This document shows positions 41,307 through 51,811 of a stretch of 64,000 nucleotides of DNA, in pieces. Made by a program: the position numbers and the translations under genes. The notes under the pieces were generated by a model that was not told the DNA's origin, did no database searches, and saw nothing but the letters and a program-made list of their open reading frames with translations. This DNA comes from a phage: the sequence record PV730302.1; one strand, 5' to 3'. Position 1 is the first letter of the stretch. The number at the start of each line of letters is the position of its first letter.

Positions 41307-44300
41307 ATGGCTACTTTAAAATCGATACAATTTAAAAGAAGTAAAACACCAGGAGCCAAGCCTACTGCAGCTCAGTTAGATGAAGGCGAACTGGCTATTA
41401 ACTTGCGTGACCGCACTATTTTTACTAAGTCAGACCAGGGACAGATTATCGATTTGGGCTTTGCAAAAGGCGGACAAGTTGATGGCGATGTTAATATTAA
41501 CGGGACCCTGAATTTAAATGGTCCTGAAATTGTTGCCTCCGGTGGTTATATAGAATTTAACTATCGTACGACAGGTAGTGGCTCTTGGGCAGGTCAGCAC
41601 AATGCCAAAGCTCCTATTTTTGCTGATTTAAGTGCGGCTGCATCTACTTCAGAATACAACCCACTGATTAAACAACGCTTTAAAGATGGAACATTTTCAG
41701 CAGGTACACTAGTAAGCGAAGGCAGTTTTAAATTCCATTATATTAATGAAGCCGGTGATTCGAAATATTGGACCTTTAATCGTAATGGTAATTTTCAAGT
41801 TGATACTGGTGGCTTGACAGTTACAGGCGGTAGTATTTCCACTTCAGGAAACGTAGCTGCTTCCGGCTTTTTATCAGCACCACAGGTTAATAGTAAAAAT
41901 ATTATTCTTGATTCGAAAAATTTCGGACAGTATGACATCCAATCTTTAGTTAACTATGCTTACCCTGGAACAGGCGAAGAAAATGGTATAAACTATCTTC
42001 GTAAAGTTCGAGCTAAATTGGGTGGAACTATTTACCACGAAATTGCTTCTGCACAAACCGGTAAGAATGATGAAATTTCTTGGTGGACTGGGAATACTAT
42101 TAATACTAAGTTGATGGGGCTTCGCAATGATGGGGCTATGGTATTACGTCGTTCACTTGCTATTGGCACAATTACTACCGATGAAAATACTAACAACTAC
42201 GGTTCTCCTACTCCAATGGGGGAAAGATATATTGCTCTAGGCGACCCTGCCACCGGTTTAAAATATATTAAGCAAGGTGTTTACGATTTAGTAGGTAATT
42301 GGAATTCCGTTGCTTCTATTACTCCTGATAGCTTCCGTAGTACTCGTAAAGGTTTATTTGGTCGTTCAGAAGACCAAGGCGGAACATGGATTATGCCTGG
42401 AACCAATGCGGCCTTTTTATCAGCTCAAACTCAGGCTGACGGGAACCACGCTGGCGATGGTCAGACGCATATTGGTTATAACTCCGGTGGAAAAATGTCG
42501 CACTATTTCCGCGGTAGAGGTCAAACCAATATTAACACCCAAGAAGGCATGGAACTTAACCCGGGTATTCTTAAACTGGTAACCGGTGCAAATAATGTGC
42601 AGTTTTATGCTGATGGGACTATTTCTTCTATTCAACCTATTAAATTGGATAATGAGATATTTTTAAATAAATCCAATAATACTGCAGGTCTTAAATTTGG
42701 CGCCCCTAGCGGAGTTAATGAAACAAGAGCTATCCAGTGGAACGGTGGTACTCGTGAAGGACAGAATAAAAACTATGTGATTGTTAAAGCATGGGGTAAC
42801 TCATTTAATGCCGCCGGTGATAAATCTCGCGAAACGGTTTTCCAAGTATCAGATAGTCAAGGATATTATTTTTATGCCCATCGTAAAGCTCCAACCGGCG
42901 ACGAAACTATTGGACGTATTGAAGCTCAGTTTGCTGGAGCTCTTAATGCTAAAAGTATTAATGCCATCGAAAATTTTAAAGTTAATGGATTAAGCACTTT
43001 AGTCGGCGGAGTTACAATGAGCAATGGGCTTAATTTAACTGGTGGCGCCACTTTTAACGGTCAAGTTAAAATGGGTGGTACCGCTGACACATTAAGAATT
43101 TGGAATGCCGAATATGGTATGATTTTCCGACGTTCGGAATCCGGTTCTTCTGCTTCATTCCATCTTATTCCTACCCTCCAGAATGCCGGCGAAAACGGTG
43201 GAATAAGTGACCTTCGCCCGCTTTCCATTAATTTGGCCAATGGCACGGTTATAATGGGTAATAAAAGTGCTGGGTATGGTCCACTTTTTACAGTAGACAA
43301 CGTAAGTAAATTTGTCCAGACCGACTGTAGACTGCGTGTTAATATGGATTCCGACGCCATTGTGGTAAATGCTTCTTCTCAGGCGTCATCTAACTTTATC
43401 CAAGGACGTAAAGCCGATGTTACAAAATGGTATCTCGGTATTGGCGACGGTGGTAACGTTGTTCGTTTACATAACTATACTTATTCGCATGGTATTGCAT
43501 TAAACTCTGATACTGTTGATATAACCAAGGCACTTAAAATTGGTTCCGATGTTCGTATTGGTCCTGACGGTAATATTACAGGCAGCACTGCATTAGATAA
43601 CTTTAAAAACCTGAACACAACGTTAGACCGTAAAGTTAACACAGGCGGCTGGTCTGGCGGCGCTACTACAGGTTGGTATAAATTTGCTACTGTAGAAATT
43701 CCACAATCGACAGGTACAGCATCCTTTAAAATATCAGGCGGGTCTGGATTTAGTTTTAAAAGTTATGGTCAGGCTTCAATAGCCGAAATAGTCCTTAGAA
43801 CCGGCAATAATAACCCTAAAGGCCTTAATGCTACGCTGTGGAATAGAACTTCTGAAGCTATTTCTCAGATTGCTTCTGTTAATACAAGCGAAGATATCTA
43901 TGATATTTACGTTTACTTAGGTGGGTATTCTAATTCTTTGGTAGTAGAATATACATGCAGTAGCAATAGTAAAGTAACCGTAGTGGGTATTAATAGCGGT
44001 GTCCAGCCTTTGGTAGAAACATTACCTGAAGGTCATGTTGTAGGTAAATCTGTAAGAATGCTGAACAATATTGACGGAATGTTCGCTGCCGGCGAATCGG
44101 ATATTGTTACACGTGGTGAATACGTTACCAATAACCAAAAAGGTATGCGTATCAAATCCAGCGGTAATGATATAGGTTCTAATGCCGCTTTGATTAGAAA
44201 CGACGGTGGAAGTTTTTATATTTTAGTTACAGATAAAAACACGGCAGAAAACCCGAATGCAACTGACGGGTTGTGGAATGGCTTAAGACCTTTCACTATC

Positions 44301-45236
44301 AACATGGCTGACGGTCGTGTTGGTATGAACCATGGGTTAAATATTACTGGTGGTGGTCTGAACGTGGCGGGTGGCCTTAATGTCACCAGTGGTAATACTA
44401 GTTTAGGCAATATCTCGTCTCGTGTGGTTTCATACGCTAGCGCCGGCGCTGTTTGGACTGATGCCGCGGATGCAATGAAATCTAAAATCACCTTTATGGC
44501 AGACCATGGCGATTTATCTAATTCAGGTGGTTATTATCCTATTGTCGGTGCATGGAGTAACTATGGTTCAGCGGGTTATCGTCAAACCTTTGAATTTGGA
44601 TGGGTCGGCACTGGTACCACAGTTGGTTGGCGCGATGGCATTATTCGTATTCGCGGAGATAACGCTAGTGGCCAACAAGCAAGATGGCGCTTTACAATGG
44701 ACGGCCTTTTAGATTGCCCTGGTAAAGTACAGATGCCACAAACAAGTGCCTTTGGTGTTAATACAACTAACTCACTCGGTGGAAGTAGTATAACATTTGG
44801 CGATAGTGATACCGGTATTAAGCAAAACGGTGATGGATTATTAGACATATATGCGAACAATATACAAGTATTCCGTTTCCAAAATGGTGATTTGTACTCG
44901 TATAAAAATATAAATGCTCCTAACGTTTATATTCGTTCTGATATTCGTTTGAAATCAAACTTCAGGCCTATTGAAAATGCTCTTGAAAAGGTTGAACAGC
45001 TCGATGGTTTAATCTATGATAAAGCAGAGTATATTGGTGGTGAAGCGGTTCAAACTGAAGCAGGTGTTATTGCTCAGAAACTTAAAGAAGTATTACCTGA
45101 AGCTGTGCATGAATCTAAAGATTCACAGGAAAATACAGTTCTGGGTGTTTCGACACAGGCACAAGTTGCTCTGTTAATTGAAGCGGTTAAAACCCTGTCG
45201 GCTAAAGTTAGAGAACTTGAAGCTAAATTAAATTAA
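41307..45236 (+). CDS. 37: long tail fibre distal subunit gp37 with C-terminal intramolecular-chaperone-like domain
   Basis: 1309 aa; C-terminal ...[32 protein letters not shown]...[15 protein letters not shown] resembles auto-cleaving intramolecular chaperone (S74-like) domains; longer than T4 gp37 (1026 aa), as in T2-type fibres. Confidence 0.8.
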   Translation: MATLKSIQFKRSKTPGAKPTAAQLDEGELAINLRDRTIFTKSDQGQIIDLGFAKGGQVDGDVNINGTLNLNGPEIVASGGYIEFNYRTTGSGSWAGQHNAKAPIFADLSAAASTSEYNPLIKQRFKDGTFSAGTLVSEGSFKFHYINEAGDSKYWTFNRNGNFQVDTGGLTVTGGSISTSGNVAASGFLSAPQVNSKNIILDSKNFGQYDIQSLVNYAYPGTGEENGINYLRKVRAKLGGTIYHEIASAQTGKNDEISWWTGNTINTKLMGLRNDGAMVLRRSLAIGTITTDENTNNYGSPTPMGERYIALGDPATGLKYIKQGVYDLVGNWNSVASITPDSFRSTRKGLFGRSEDQGGTWIMPGTNAAFLSAQTQADGNHAGDGQTHIGYNSGGKMSHYFRGRGQTNINTQEGMELNPGILKLVTGANNVQFYADGTISSIQPIKLDNEIFLNKSNNTAGLKFGAPSGVNETRAIQWNGGTREGQNKNYVIVKAWGNSFNAAGDKSRETVFQVSDSQGYYFYAHRKAPTGDETIGRIEAQFAGALNAKSINAIENFKVNGLSTLVGGVTMSNGLNLTGGATFNGQVKMGGTADTLRIWNAEYGMIFRRSESGSSASFHLIPTLQNAGENGGISDLRPLSINLANGTVIMGNKSAGYGPLFTVDNVSKFVQTDCRLRVNMDSDAIVVNASSQASSNFIQGRKADVTKWYLGIGDGGNVVRLHNYTYSHGIALNSDTVDITKALKIGSDVRIGPDGNITGSTALDNFKNLNTTLDRKVNTGGWSGGATTGWYKFATVEIPQSTGTASFKISGGSGFSFKSYGQASIAEIVLRTGNNNPKGLNATLWNRTSEAISQIASVNTSEDIYDIYVYLGGYSNSLVVEYTCSSNSKVTVVGINSGVQPLVETLPEGHVVGKSVRMLNNIDGMFAAGESDIVTRGEYVTNNQKGMRIKSSGNDIGSNAALIRNDGGSFYILVTDKNTAENPNATDGLWNGLRPFTINMADGRVGMNHGLNITGGGLNVAGGLNVTSGNTSLGNISSRVVSYASAGAVWTDAADAMKSKITFMADHGDLSNSGGYYPIVGAWSNYGSAGYRQTFEFGWVGTGTTVGWRDGIIRIRGDNASGQQARWRFTMDGLLDCPGKVQMPQTSAFGVNTTNSLGGSSITFGDSDTGIKQNGDGLLDIYANNIQVFRFQNGDLYSYKNINAPNVYIRSDIRLKSNFRPIENALEKVEQLDGLIYDKAEYIGGEAVQTEAGVIAQKLKEVLPEAVHESKDSQENTVLGVSTQAQVALLIEAVKTLSAKVRELEAKLN

Positions 45237-45240
45237 GAAA

Positions 45241-45256
45241 AGGGCCTTCGGGCCCT
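45241..45256 (+). other. intercistronic RNA hairpin AGGGCC-UUCG-GGCCCU
   Basis: Between the gene 37 stop and the gene 38 RBS; no U tract, so more likely a stabilising or processing hairpin than a terminator. Confidence 0.4.
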
Positions 45257-45267
45257 AAGGATTTATT

Positions 45268-46056
45268 ATGGCAATCGTAGGATTACCTGGTTGGGTCGGC
45301 CAATCTGCAGTTGATGAAACTGGCCAGCGATGGATGGATGCAGCGATGCGAGATGTTCGTGTAGCTGTTCCAGGTTGGATGGGTTCGATGGCTAACCAAT
45401 CAAAAGAAATTTACTTATCTATAGGGGCCAATCATAACTATGATAGGAATACCCTTATAAACTGGATGAGAGCACAAGGTGGAGCGCCTGTGGTTATTAC
45501 AATCACTGGTGACTTAGTATCTAACAGCAGAGGAAACCCGTGTCTGGAATTCCCTAGCAACTTACCTAATGCATATATTCAACTTACTATTAATAGTGGT
45601 GTAACTGTTTATGGGCGAGGAGGTAATGGTTCTACTAATGGTTCTGCAGGCCAAGCAGGTGGTACAGCAATCCATAACGCTGCTGGAACCAAATTGCGTA
45701 TTCGAAACAATGGTGCTATCGCTGGCGGTGGCGGCGGTGGCGGTGCTGTATCGTTACAGAACAGCTATCCGACTAACGGTACCTGTGGCGGCGGTGGTGG
45801 TAGACCATTCGGCGTCGGTGGGAAAATAGGGTCTGATGCCATATTGTCCGGTGCAAACGCATCTCTAACTGCCGCTGGCTCAGGTGGTACCACGGTCCAA
45901 TACGGCGCAGGTAACGGCGGTAATGTTGGTGCTGGCGGTGGACGAGGATGGGGCAAAAACGTTTATACCTCTGCAGGCGGTTCAGCTGGTGCAGCCGTTA
46001 CAGGCAATGCTCCTTCTTGGCAGAACGTAGGAACCATCTACGGAAGCCGTGTGTAA
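45268..46056 (+). CDS. 38: receptor-recognising adhesin gp38 (T2-type, glycine-rich motifs)
   Basis: 262 aa; conserved N-terminus MAIVGLPGW.G.SAVDETGQRWM; C-terminal half made of poly-Gly motifs (GGGGGGG, GGGGGRPFGVGG, GAGNGGNVGAGGGRG) separating short variable segments. Confidence 0.8.
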   Translation: MAIVGLPGWVGQSAVDETGQRWMDAAMRDVRVAVPGWMGSMANQSKEIYLSIGANHNYDRNTLINWMRAQGGAPVVITITGDLVSNSRGNPCLEFPSNLPNAYIQLTINSGVTVYGRGGNGSTNGSAGQAGGTAIHNAAGTKLRIRNNGAIAGGGGGGGAVSLQNSYPTNGTCGGGGGRPFGVGGKIGSDAILSGANASLTAAGSGGTTVQYGAGNGGNVGAGGGRGWGKNVYTSAGGSAGAAVTGNAPSWQNVGTIYGSRV

Positions 46057-46067
46057 TACTTCTGTAT

Positions 46068-46075
46068 TATAAATA
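46068..46075 (+). promoter_or_regulatory. T4-type late promoter -10 box TATAAATA
   Basis: Exact TATAAATA 18 nt upstream of the holin ATG (RBS AAAGGAGAAA). Confidence 0.6.
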
Positions 46076-46093
46076 TCTTTAAAGGAGAAAAGT

Positions 46094-46747
46094 ATGGAAC
46101 CAAAAGTAGGATTTTCATTATCAGACCTACTTTTTGGACTTCTTGATAGAATTTTTAAAGATACTTCTTCCGGGAAAGTAGTTTTTTCCCGGGTCCTAGT
46201 CGTGATATTATTGTTCTTTATGGCACTGGTTTGGTATAAAGGCGAGTATATTCTAAACTTTTACAAAGAGACAACTTATGCCTCTTATACTGAAATGATT
46301 AGACAAGACCAGGACAATAGATTTAAAATTGCGGCTATCGAGCAGCTCCGAATAGTGCATTCTTCTTCAGGCGCGGACTTCACAGCAATATATTCTTTTA
46401 GGCCGACAAACATGAATTATTTTGTGGATATGGTGGCCTACGAGGGTAAATTACCGGAAACGGTAGACGCAAAAAATACGGGAGGGTTTCCAATTGACAA
46501 AACGTCAGTAGAATATATGGCTGGAGTTAACGGGAACTATTTTGAATCAAGTACTGAATCAGTGTTTCTCCCTACAAAGAAGAAAACACAATTCACGTAT
46601 ATGTTTTCATGCCCGTTTTTTAATTTGGATAACGTCTACGCCGGCTCGATATCGTTGTACTGGTATGATATCAAACCGGATTTAGGATTTCCTAGACTTT
46701 CGTCTATGTGTGGTCAAGCCGGGAGGACATTAGGTCGAACACGTTAG
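46094..46747 (+). CDS. t: holin T
   Basis: 217 aa (T4 T 218 aa); DRLFKD, SRV.VVILLF.MA.VWY TMD, IVH.SS.ADF.A.YSFRP.N.NYFVD..AYEGKLP, C-terminal Q.A.R.LGR match T4 holin as recalled. Confidence 0.9.
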   Translation: MEPKVGFSLSDLLFGLLDRIFKDTSSGKVVFSRVLVVILLFFMALVWYKGEYILNFYKETTYASYTEMIRQDQDNRFKIAAIEQLRIVHSSSGADFTAIYSFRPTNMNYFVDMVAYEGKLPETVDAKNTGGFPIDKTSVEYMAGVNGNYFESSTESVFLPTKKKTQFTYMFSCPFFNLDNVYAGSISLYWYDIKPDLGFPRLSSMCGQAGRTLGRTR

Positions 46748-47019
46748 AAATTGGAGGTATACATCATTAAATAACGGTGTATATCTTCATACCCTTCATT
46801 AAATTGCTCAATAAGAGTTTCACGCTCATCTTCAGTTAAAGACTTAAATAATTTGTTATAAGACAAACCATTAAGTTCCTTTCCATGTTCATTACGAATA
46901 CCTAACTCATTCAAAAAGGCAATAAACTCATCACGACGTTGCATGATGTCTTCACAATCCGTTTTAATCAAAATGGAAACAATAGTGGCAATTTCGGAAA
47001 CGATTTCAATTTTAGTCAT
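46744..47019 (-). CDS. asiA: anti-sigma70 protein AsiA
   Basis: 91 aa (T4 AsiA 90 aa); IVSILIK, FIAFLNE.G, LI..FNEG.E...RYL.MYT match T4 AsiA as recalled. Confidence 0.85.
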   Translation of the reverse strand: MTKIEIVSEIATIVSILIKTDCEDIMQRRDEFIAFLNELGIRNEHGKELNGLSYNKLFKSLTEDERETLIEQFNEGYEDIHRYLMMYTSNF

Positions 47020-47060
47020 AATATTCTCTTCAATTCAGTACGACATTATCTGATAGGGCT

Positions 47061-47089
47061 ATACTAACATATCCTTAGGGATTGTAAAC
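47061..47089 (-). promoter_or_regulatory. early promoter-like element (GTTTAC-N17-TAGTAT) upstream of asiA
   Basis: Minus-strand -35/-10 with 17-nt spacer about 40 nt upstream of the asiA ATG; overlaps the 3' end of a small ORF. Confidence 0.4.
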
Positions 47090-47233
47090 ATGTTCTTCGT
47101 TCTTTTTAACATATTCCTGATACATCTCTTCTATTGGTTCCTGGAACTTAAAATCAGCTCCCAGGAATTCCTCAAAGCACTCCTGCTCACGTGTACGCAT
47201 GCCTGTTACTGTATTCTCTAAGTTATGACTCAT
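47075..47233 (-). CDS. small acidic protein, 52 aa (absent from ORF track)
   Basis: Hand translation MSHNLENTVTGMRTREQECFEEFLGADFKFQEPIEEMYQEYVKKNEEHVYNP; weak SD (AAAGG). Confidence 0.3.
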   Translation of the reverse strand: MSHNLENTVTGMRTREQECFEEFLGADFKFQEPIEEMYQEYVKKNEEHVYNP

Positions 47234-47322
47234 AGCCTTTACCCTTATGTTTCTGTTTACGTTTAGACTCTTTAAGATTTTTCTTCTTGTCCTTATGGAC
47301 GGAAGCCTTATTGAAATCGTGC

Positions 47323-47604
47323 TTAGCTACCAGATTGTTCACGTAATTTCCTTAATTGATATTCAAGAGAGCTGATAATTTCTTTATTAGTTGCAATATA
47401 CATATCACGTAGGAATGGCTTCAACCCTTCCATATTCCCATGGATTGTCTTAGAACTAATATTCTTTATATATTCATGGTCTAAAGCATCCCAAGCCGGT
47501 TGGTTGACATAAGTTCCCCAGTTGTCTTCCAGCATGACATTCAGTCGTTTAACATGATTAATATGGGTTTCGATTGCATCGATTTGAAGTTGTTTAAGAT
47601 TCAT
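47323..47604 (-). CDS. hypothetical protein (T4 arn position)
   Basis: 93 aa (T4 Arn 92 aa); between asiA and motA. Positional guess only. Confidence 0.3.
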   Translation of the reverse strand: MNLKQLQIDAIETHINHVKRLNVMLEDNWGTYVNQPAWDALDHEYIKNISSKTIHGNMEGLKPFLRDMYIATNKEIISSLEYQLRKLREQSGS

Positions 47605-48101
47605 TAGTAAAGGTCCTCAGAGTAAAGTTCTTTTTCACTACCACCACGTTCAATACGAACCTGATTAGCATATGTTGCAATTATCATTGCTTCTTCACGA
47701 GTCCAATAATTACCATATTGGTCGACAAAGCCTTGGTCATCATCACAGACAAATCGTGTTACCAATTTATCTTCAACTGCCTTGATAACCGCACCCATAT
47801 CTTTAGAGTAATGACGTGTCGCAGGAATAACCAGAGTTCCACCATCTTTTAACTTAAAACGGTTTGCAGCACACACAATTCGACGCTGGAATTTTTGGTC
47901 TTCACACCAATGGGCCACTTGCCAACAGATTTCAGGAACCTCTTCTAAAACATCCTCTTCTGTATATTCGGTGTAATCACCATAGGCCTGTAATTTAGCT
48001 GCTAGACTTTCAGGCGTCTCACGAGAAAGAGCTTTATCTAATAAAGCCAAACGGTGTTTAAAGGATAATTCTTTACCTTTTAATGGATTCATTTGAACCA
48101 T
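47604..48101 (-). CDS. hypothetical protein
   Basis: 165-aa ORF; start abuts neighbour's stop. Confidence 0.4.
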   Translation of the reverse strand: MVQMNPLKGKELSFKHRLALLDKALSRETPESLAAKLQAYGDYTEYTEEDVLEEVPEICWQVAHWCEDQKFQRRIVCAANRFKLKDGGTLVIPATRHYSKDMGAVIKAVEDKLVTRFVCDDDQGFVDQYGNYWTREEAMIIATYANQVRIERGGSEKELYSEDLY

Positions 48102-48418
48102 CCTTTAACACGTTGCCAGAGGCTTTTCTGTTGAGCTTTATTAACACCAATTGAGCGAATAACAGGTTGTGATTCCTGGTATTCTTTATAGTCCGCTTTA
48201 TAAACTTCATAAGCCGCCGGAACAAAGGTGCTGATTGCTGCCATAAAGTTTTTGCGAATACCCATAGAAGCTTCAGAACCACCACGGATGATTAAGTATT
48301 TACCTGCTTTAATCTTAACAATAGTGCCGAGGTAAGCACCGTGGTACCAAATATCCCAACCTTCTTGAGTAGGTTCTGCACAACGACGAAGTTCATTAAC
48401 AATATTCAGCTTGTTCAT
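48089..48418 (-). CDS. hypothetical protein
   Basis: 109-aa ORF downstream of motA. Confidence 0.4.
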   Translation of the reverse strand: MNKLNIVNELRRCAEPTQEGWDIWYHGAYLGTIVKIKAGKYLIIRGGSEASMGIRKNFMAAISTFVPAAYEVYKADYKEYQESQPVIRSIGVNKAQQKSLWQRVKGWFK

Positions 48419-48432
48419 AATAATTTCCTCAG

Positions 48433-49068
48433 TCAGATAATTGCGTTGGTTACGGTTTTGATAACTTCAGATGATACGTTTTGGAAGTCGATATAAGTAT
48501 TCTTACCACCAGTCTTAATCTTAACATCAAGATTCAAGGAAGTAAACACTTGTTTTTCTTTATCAGTCATATTATAACCGAAGATGCGCATCATGCCATC
48601 ACGACGGACTTCAATTTGACGGATACCGTTGGTACGTTTAGCGAATCGAACTTCAAGGTTGCTACGGTTTTCAGCAATTTCACGAATCTCGATACGGTCT
48701 TCTAATAAAGCTTTAACTTCATCAGCCAGTGTTACCATTTCAGGAGTAACACCACGTGAACTACGCGTTTTACGTTTTTCCAACATCTCTGGAGCATTTT
48801 CAGAAGCGAACAGGTCGGCAGCTTTTTGAACGAGGTCCATTGCTTCACCTGTAGCCACTAAACCGTCACCAGATTTTTCGATGAATCCTTTCTTAATCAA
48901 TACACCGATGTTAGAGTTAACCACTGCTGCACTAAATTGCTCACTCAGGGCTTCACGGACTTCGCCTGAAGTGATGAAGTTATGCTTGATGATATGTACT
49001 AAGATCGAAGCAGTTTTTTCATTCAGGGTGTCTTCAGAAGCTTTGATGATATAAGTAATTTTAGACAT
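48433..49068 (-). CDS. motA: middle transcription activator MotA
   Basis: 211 aa (same as T4 MotA); MSK.TYIIKAS.D.LNEKTA, AEVRE, AVVNSNIGVLIKKG..EKSGDGL, EKRTNGIR, MRIFGY match T4 as recalled. Confidence 0.9.
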   Translation of the reverse strand: MSKITYIIKASEDTLNEKTASILVHIIKHNFITSGEVREALSEQFSAAVVNSNIGVLIKKGFIEKSGDGLVATGEAMDLVQKAADLFASENAPEMLEKRKTRSSRGVTPEMVTLADEVKALLEDRIEIREIAENRSNLEVRFAKRTNGIRQIEVRRDGMMRIFGYNMTDKEKQVFTSLNLDVKIKTGGKNTYIDFQNVSSEVIKTVTNAII

Positions 49069-49102
49069 TTTAATCTCCGATAACCATTTATTTGATAGGT
49101 CT

Positions 49103-49131
49103 ATAGTATCATGTTTAAAGCGAAAGTAAAC
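49103..49131 (-). promoter_or_regulatory. early promoter-like element (GTTTAC-N17-TACTAT) upstream of motA
   Basis: Copy of the repeated 40-bp cassette; about 35 nt upstream of the motA ATG. Confidence 0.5.
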
Positions 49132-49172
49132 TTTATTTTGAGCTCTTTTTCAAGAGCTCCGGTAAAAATTAC

Positions 49173-49388
49173 TTAGATTGAAAGTTCTTTAATCTCTGTG
49201 ATTAAAGCAGCTTTCCCTTCACGAAGTTTTTCCAGTTCACGACCATTAGAGCCGCGAACTACTAAGGAATTTATCTCCACTTCTAACCAATTCAGTTTTT
49301 CAACTAGTTCTTTACGTTTAGCATTCATGCCAGGTTTAACTTTACCGAAACGGATGGTAGCGTTTTGGGTATTTTTCATCTTATTCAT
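49173..49388 (-). CDS. hypothetical small basic protein
   Basis: Track ORF begins with GTG at 49406; ATG at 49386-49388 (MNKMKNTQ...) preceded by GGAGAT. Confidence 0.35.
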   Translation of the reverse strand: MNKMKNTQNATIRFGKVKPGMNAKRKELVEKLNWLEVEINSLVVRGSNGRELEKLREGKAALITEIKELSI

Positions 49389-49426
49389 TTTGTATCTCCA
49401 TTTCACTCTGTTGTTTTGATAGGTCT

Positions 49427-49455
49427 ATAATAACACGTTTAAAGCAGATGTATAC
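49427..49455 (-). promoter_or_regulatory. early promoter-like element (GTATAC-N17-TATTAT)
   Basis: Directly downstream of the terminator hairpin at 49475..49496. Confidence 0.4.
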
Positions 49456-49474
49456 CTTTATTTTCACTAAACCC

Positions 49475-49496
49475 AAAAAAGGAGCCCGAAGGCTCC
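49475..49496 (-). terminator. Rho-independent terminator (GGAGCC-UUCG-GGCUCC + U6)
   Basis: Hairpin begins right at the stop of the 34-aa peptide ORF downstream of gene 52; followed by UUUUUU on the minus transcript. Confidence 0.65.
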
Positions 49497-49601
49497 TTAC
49501 TTTTTAAAGTGGGCTGCTATTAAACCTATAGCTAAGCCTGTCGCCAGGCCTAGGATAACAGCAAAGATACAGAGTAACAAGAACTCGACTCCAAGGCTCA
49601 T
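49497..49601 (-). CDS. small hydrophobic peptide, 34 aa (absent from ORF track)
   Basis: MSLGVEFLLLCIFAVILGLATGLAIGLIAAHFKK; ATG overlaps the gene 52 stop (ATGA), suggesting translational coupling; single predicted TM helix. Confidence 0.4.
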   Translation of the reverse strand: MSLGVEFLLLCIFAVILGLATGLAIGLIAAHFKK

Positions 49602-50926
49602 AGAGCCTCCAAATCTTTAATATACTCAGTTACAACATCAGTGGTTTTCCAATATTGATGCTCTTCTTTCTTAGCCTTGGCTTCGAGGGCCAGTTTCTTA
49701 GCTTCATCAGAAGTGATATGGAAAATGTTCATGGCCACTAGTTTATCGGCATATTCGCCATAGACTTTATTACCAGCCAATTCTTCGGTTAAAACCTTAC
49801 GAGTCTTACCTTGGATAACCACAGTTCCATCAATAACATCTTTGATGAATGTGGCTTTAGCCAATGCCAGTTTGAAAGCTTCTTCGGTTTCGATGATTTT
49901 ACCATCAATACGTTTCTGTACAAAGGTCTTACGGACCTCAACGAAATCACGAATCAGTTCAACTGCATCTTCGTAAACCTTAAGTTTACCTTTTTCATTA
50001 ATGACGGTCAGGTTTTGTGAACGACGTTCGATTAATCCGAAATCCTTCATGAGTTTTTCGTGTTTCTTATCTTCATCAGTAGGCAATTCGTATTCTTTAC
50101 GAATCTTAACCTTGAAGCCGAAACCGTTCTCGTCACAGTCATCGTCATATGTGATATACCCTTTTTCTTCCAGAGGGTCTAATACCTTAGCCACATATGT
50201 TTCACGGTCATATTTGTACGGGATTTCCGTGATATGCATTTGGGTTCGGGATGTGAACTTATACGTTCCACGAATCTCATAACTACCTGGTTCAATCTCA
50301 ACAACATCACCGCGGAATTCAGGATAAGCCACTTTAGGTTTGGTTACTCGTTTTTCCTGAAGAACTTGCAATACAGCTTTCTTAACAGAATCAAAACTAT
50401 GAGGAAGAATATTAGTTGCATAACCAGTTGCAATACCGGAAACGCCATTAAGAAGAACAGTAGGAATAATAGGCAGATAAAAAGCCGGTGGCTTATGTTC
50501 GACATCCGCATGAACCGGAGCATATTCTGTGTCCTTATAAACTTTGGCAAAGTTACTTCCAATACGTGCAAAGATATAACGAGAGGCTGCAGCCTTTTGA
50601 ACCAGTCGAGAACCGAAGTTACCCTGACCATCTAACAGTGGATAGTTGTTATTCCACGTGTTAGCCATCAAAGCGCCAGCTTCCTGAGCAGAACCTTCAC
50701 CGTGGTGATATCCAAGGTCGGCCACGCCACCTGCAATAGAAGCTAGTTTGTGGAATTTTTCTTTATTACCACGAGCCATATCAAGACAACGAGCAACTAC
50801 AAAACGTTGTACAGGTTTAAAGCCATCAATCATATTTGGAATGGCTCGGTTTTCGACAGTATACATTGCATAAGCCAATGCTTCGTTGTCGATAATACTT
50901 TTTAAACCACGAGATGTTAATTCCAT
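49598..50926 (-). CDS. 52: DNA topoisomerase II medium subunit gp52
   Basis: 442 aa (same as T4 gp52); GyrA-like N-terminus (ALAYAMYTVENRAIPNMIDGFKPVQR) with active-site Tyr region. Confidence 0.9.
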   Translation of the reverse strand: MELTSRGLKSIIDNEALAYAMYTVENRAIPNMIDGFKPVQRFVVARCLDMARGNKEKFHKLASIAGGVADLGYHHGEGSAQEAGALMANTWNNNYPLLDGQGNFGSRLVQKAAASRYIFARIGSNFAKVYKDTEYAPVHADVEHKPPAFYLPIIPTVLLNGVSGIATGYATNILPHSFDSVKKAVLQVLQEKRVTKPKVAYPEFRGDVVEIEPGSYEIRGTYKFTSRTQMHITEIPYKYDRETYVAKVLDPLEEKGYITYDDDCDENGFGFKVKIRKEYELPTDEDKKHEKLMKDFGLIERRSQNLTVINEKGKLKVYEDAVELIRDFVEVRKTFVQKRIDGKIIETEEAFKLALAKATFIKDVIDGTVVIQGKTRKVLTEELAGNKVYGEYADKLVAMNIFHITSDEAKKLALEAKAKKEEHQYWKTTDVVTEYIKDLEAL

Positions 50927-50930
50927 AATT

Positions 50931-51071
50931 TTACCATACTAGTGAATGAATAGCCATAATGACATCGGAAATAAAAAGCACAACTTGGATAAGTCCGAAC
51001 ATTACTCCATAATACAGCGCTACTAATAAAGCAGCAAGGGCTACCGAGCAGCCCAAGATTTTATTAATCAT
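50931..51071 (-). CDS. small hydrophobic membrane protein, 46 aa
   Basis: Track ORF starts with TTG at 51119; ATG 51069-51071 (MINKILGCSVALAALLVALYYGVMFGLIQVVLFISDV...) overlaps the upstream stop. Confidence 0.35.
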   Translation of the reverse strand: MINKILGCSVALAALLVALYYGVMFGLIQVVLFISDVIMAIHSLVW

Positions 51072-51225
51072 TTTTAATAGTCTTAAGTAAACCGACAAAA
51101 GTAGAAAGAACCCAGCCAATAAGCAGAAAACTTAAGAATATTGGACCAGGGGTCCACACACCTAAAAAGAAGCAAACTGAACAGACTATAGCCATAATAA
51201 GTTCAATAAAAACTACGATAATCAT
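51064..51225 (-). CDS. small hydrophobic membrane protein, 53 aa (absent from ORF track)
   Basis: MIIVVFIELIMAIVCSVCFFLGVWTPGPIFLSFLLIGWVLSTFVGLLKTIKND; two predicted TM segments; preceded by GAGGAAA. Confidence 0.4.
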   Translation of the reverse strand: MIIVVFIELIMAIVCSVCFFLGVWTPGPIFLSFLLIGWVLSTFVGLLKTIKND

Positions 51226-51312
51226 ATTTTCCTCATTAGCGTCCGAAGACGCCTTTAGTTTTAAGATTGTTACGATAGAACTGCATCACATGTTCGTTAT
51301 GGAAATTGCTCA

Positions 51313-51762
51313 TTAGTAATCCTGCAGAATGAATTTAAAGTTATCAGCCAACATACGGTTCATTTCTTCCAGTGTCTGGAGGTCGGAACTATGATTGCGA
51401 GTGAAAGCCATTGCAATTTGACCCTTACCAAAGCCTGTAGTCAGAGGTTTCATCTTAGAAGCCGGTACATAAAGAACTTCATACACAACACCGTTCACTG
51501 CCATGGTGCGAGCTGATTGAGAACGTTTCTTACGAATGTTAGCCACGATACCATCAAGACCTTGAGCCGAACGTTGATTACCGACATAAAAACGAGCCGC
51601 TACGACACGGGAATCAGCTCCGCCTTTAACAAAGAAGTAGAAGCCTGGCTGAGCAGAGATTTCTTTAGAAGGTTTACCATTTTGGTATTCACCATTCTTA
51701 ACATAAGCAACAGTAGTAGCACCAGCAGACAGAACGTTACGGCGAGTCATATAAGTATTCAT
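51313..51762 (-). CDS. ndd: nucleoid disruption protein Ndd
   Basis: 149 aa (T4 Ndd 151 aa); [55 protein letters not shown] match T4 Ndd as recalled. Confidence 0.85.
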
Positions 51763-51811
51763 ATCAATTTCCTCAGTAGATTAATGTTTTGTTATCCAGT
51801 CAACGAGAACC

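Noticed and set aside
35682-44860. Multiple short ORFs on both strands inside tail fibre genes 34 and 37 (35682..36044, 37085..37321, 37827..38060, 38693..38932, 42310..42582, 42420..42635, 42781..42993, 43061..43360, 44216..44491, 44506..44712, 44582..44860)
   Set aside because: Embedded in long, syntenic structural genes; no independent support.
45611-45956. GC-rich ggcggtggcggcggtggt repeats and ORFs 45611..45829 (+) and 45765..45956 (-) in gene 38
   Set aside because: The repeats encode the poly-glycine motifs of the gp38 adhesin, not a tandem repeat or CRISPR array; the overlapping ORFs (Pro-rich antisense) are artefacts of the GGN codon runs.
48073-48705. ORFs 48073..48285 (-), 48481..48705 (+) and 48629..48829 (+) near and in motA
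   Set aside because: Overlap better-supported genes (motA strongly matches T4); treated as spurious.
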